Assembly: GCA_030704615.1 (NCBI GenBank) | Contig: CM060734.1 | Span: 19,158,001-19,222,000, forward strand | Origin: Takakia lepidozioides | Taxonomy: Eukaryota; Plantae; Bryophyta | DNA: 64,000 nt | Direction of reading: 5' to 3' | Shown here: one piece after another, positions 61,760 to 64,000 of the stretch | Layout: each line of letters begins with the position of its first letter | How positions within the stretch are numbered: position 1 is the stretch's first letter | Made by a program: the position numbers and the translations under genes | Notes under the pieces: generated by a model | Seen by the model: the letters and a program-made list of their open reading frames with translations, nothing else | Databases searched by the model: none | What the model was told of the DNA's origin: nothing

Positions 61760-64000
61760 CCGCCCTGGTCATATATGCTGGGCCTAGCGACAAGTGCTCC
61801 ATACTCCGTTCGTAACACTGGTGCAGCCCGTGACTGCTCTTGCGGTTCAACATGCAAATCATGCTGCAAGGGTTTGTCATGGATACCACTGTACCCCTTC
61901 AACTTATTGGCATTGACTCTTCCCAGCATTTCTTTGTTAATGGTTTGTAACATGGCGGTGTTGTTATCATACATCTTTTGTATGACATAAGGTCCTTTCC
62001 ATGGTGATTTAAGCTTAGAAGCTTGAATCTTTCCTTTCTTCTGCAACCATAGAACCAAATCCCCCGTCTTAAAAGTCTTTAAAAGTCTTGCCTTCATCAA
62101 ACTGTTCCTTTCGCTTCATCTGAATTCTGGTCATATTATCAGCTGCATCAGCACGTACTTCTTCCACATGGTATAATTCATGTTTCCTGACCTTGATGGA
62201 GTCTTGCAATTCCATTCTCTTTCCCCACTCCGTTCTCATGGTAGGTAACAGGAATTCCACTGGAAGTAAGGCTTCCATACCATAAACCAATTGGAATGGT
62301 GTATACTTAGTGGTGACTTTATATGAAGTCCTGTATGACCACAAAGCTGTCAGCAGCTTTGTATCCCAATCCGTTCTGTTTGCATTGACTATCTTAGCCA
62401 AGATAGTACATAGTATTTTGTTGGTAGCCTCTGCCTGCCCATTACCCTGTGGGTAATATGTTGTACTCTTTCTATGCACAATCATAAACTCTTTAGTCAA
62501 CAACTCAATGGTCTCATTCATGAAGTGACTTCCCTGATCACTGATAAATTCTAAGGGACAGCCAAATCGTGTAAGTATGTTCTCGTACAGGAACCTTGCT
62601 GTGGACTTGGCTGTGTTGTCCCTCAAAGCTTTAGCTTCCACCCACTTTGTAGTATAATCAGTGGCTGTAATTATGTACCTGTTTCGTGTATTCTTGGATG
62701 GTGGGTTAATTGGTCCAACAAAGTCTAGTCCCCATTTCTGAAATGGTTCCGTAGGCATTGTAGGATGCAAGGCCATCCTTCCAGATCTCTGCAAAGGTCC
62801 TAGCCTCTGACATTCATCACACTTCTGACAATACTCGTGTACATCTTTGAACAAAGTAGGCCACCAGTATCCTACGAGTAGTATCTTTCTACTGGTAGTC
62901 TCTTCTCCAAAATGACCTCCAGCCACTCCTTTATGAACTTCCGCCAAAACTTTATTTACTTCATGGTGGTACAAGCATCGTTTTAGTACTCCATCAGGTC
63001 CTAACTTATACATTCTGCTTCCTACCATAGTATAAGGTAAAGCTTTGATAGCGATTCTCTTCCTCTGCTCCTTACCATAACTAGGTGGGCACTGACCATG
63101 AGCAAGGTAGTATCTGATTGGCCACTGCCAATCTAACCAGTCATCTGCACTTCCCTGCACCTCCACTGCAAAGAGACTCGCATCTGGTAATTGATCATCT
63201 ATTCCTGTGGCTGGTTCTCCTGTTGACAATCGTGACAAATGATCCGCCACAAGATGCAGTCTCCCAGGCTTGTAAACAACCTCGAACTCAAACTCGTGCA
63301 AGATTATCAACCATCTTGCTATTCTTCCGCTTATCAGAGGTTTGTTTACCAGGTATATCAGAGCCTGGTGATCCACATAGAACATAAACTTCTTGCCCAA
63401 CAGGTAATGCCTGAATTTCTTCACTGCATAGATCATTGCCAATGCTTCTCTTTCCGTTGTGCTATAGTTCCTCTCAGCACTGTTCATCAACCGGCTAGCA
63501 TAGTACACAGGTGAATCTATATTCCCTGTAACATTCTGGGCTAACACCGCTCCCAACGCTTCTCCTGATGCATCGCAGTGAACATGGAATACTACATGCC
63601 AGTGAGGGTTAATCAGCACAGGTGTAGTTGTTACTGACAGTGTAAGTTCCTCAAATGCCTGTTGACATTCAGCTGTCCAGGCAAACACTGCATCTTTTTT
63701 CAGTAGTTTTCTCAATGGTGCTGCTATTTGTGCATACCTTTTGACAAATCTCCTGTAATAACTGGTTTGCCCAAGGAATCTCCGTAGACTTTTAACATTC
63801 ACTGGTGGTGGAGAGGCTTTAATGGACTCTGTCTTTCTGGGATCCACAAGGAGTCCCTTCTTACACACAATGTGTCCCAGAAGCACCCCTGAGTTCACAC
63901 AGAAAGTACACTTCTCTGGATTCAGGCCCAGACCTCTCATCCTGCATCTGGCCAAACATAACTCCAATTTATGCAAGTGCTCACTCTTAGAGCTGTACAC
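61760..64000 (-). mobile_element. Ty3/Gypsy pol (RT end, RNase H, integrase, GPY module), same family as 41-1786; continues beyond the window
   Basis: RNase H VHCDAS, EREALA, YVDH, VADHLSR. Integrase HHCC, WGLDFVGP, ISDQGSHF, GQAEATN. WKGPY after a frameshift ~62090. No chromodomain seen. Confidence 0.97.

Overview
Eukaryotic, transposon-dense DNA, most likely from a land plant (GT-AG introns, PLS-type PPR remnants, plant-type Ty3/Gypsy and hAT elements). A non-seed plant is plausible but cannot be proven from sequence alone. No intact host gene is evident. The window is a mosaic of truncated elements: two near-identical Gypsy pol copies in opposite orientation at the ends, a 3' extra ORF of that family (seen twice), a second Gypsy gag, a decayed hAT element beside a RING-H2 gene, a LINE tail, a SINE, PPR debris and a 369-bp inverted repeat. 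The main result is a recurring two-gene module. A Mutator-like DDE transposase with a GCM-like zinc domain and a SWIM finger sits head-to-head with a multi-exon gene encoding a ParB/Srx-like domain (DGNHR) fused to a beta-class amino-(N6A/N4C) DNA methyltransferase-like domain. A ~10.9-kb inversion (19174-30071, 6-bp inverted microhomology) has split two of these genes. Undoing it restores two composite elements arranged tail-to-tail, and a third deleted copy lies at 1793-8745. Each copy carries its own array of CpG-rich palindromes. A second, different ParB-like gene (GGQHT) lies at ~38.5-40.8 kb, linked by a dispersed palindrome to a Tnp1/En-Spm-like domain. All family assignments come from motif recognition by eye, not database searches. 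Most coding regions are pseudogenised.
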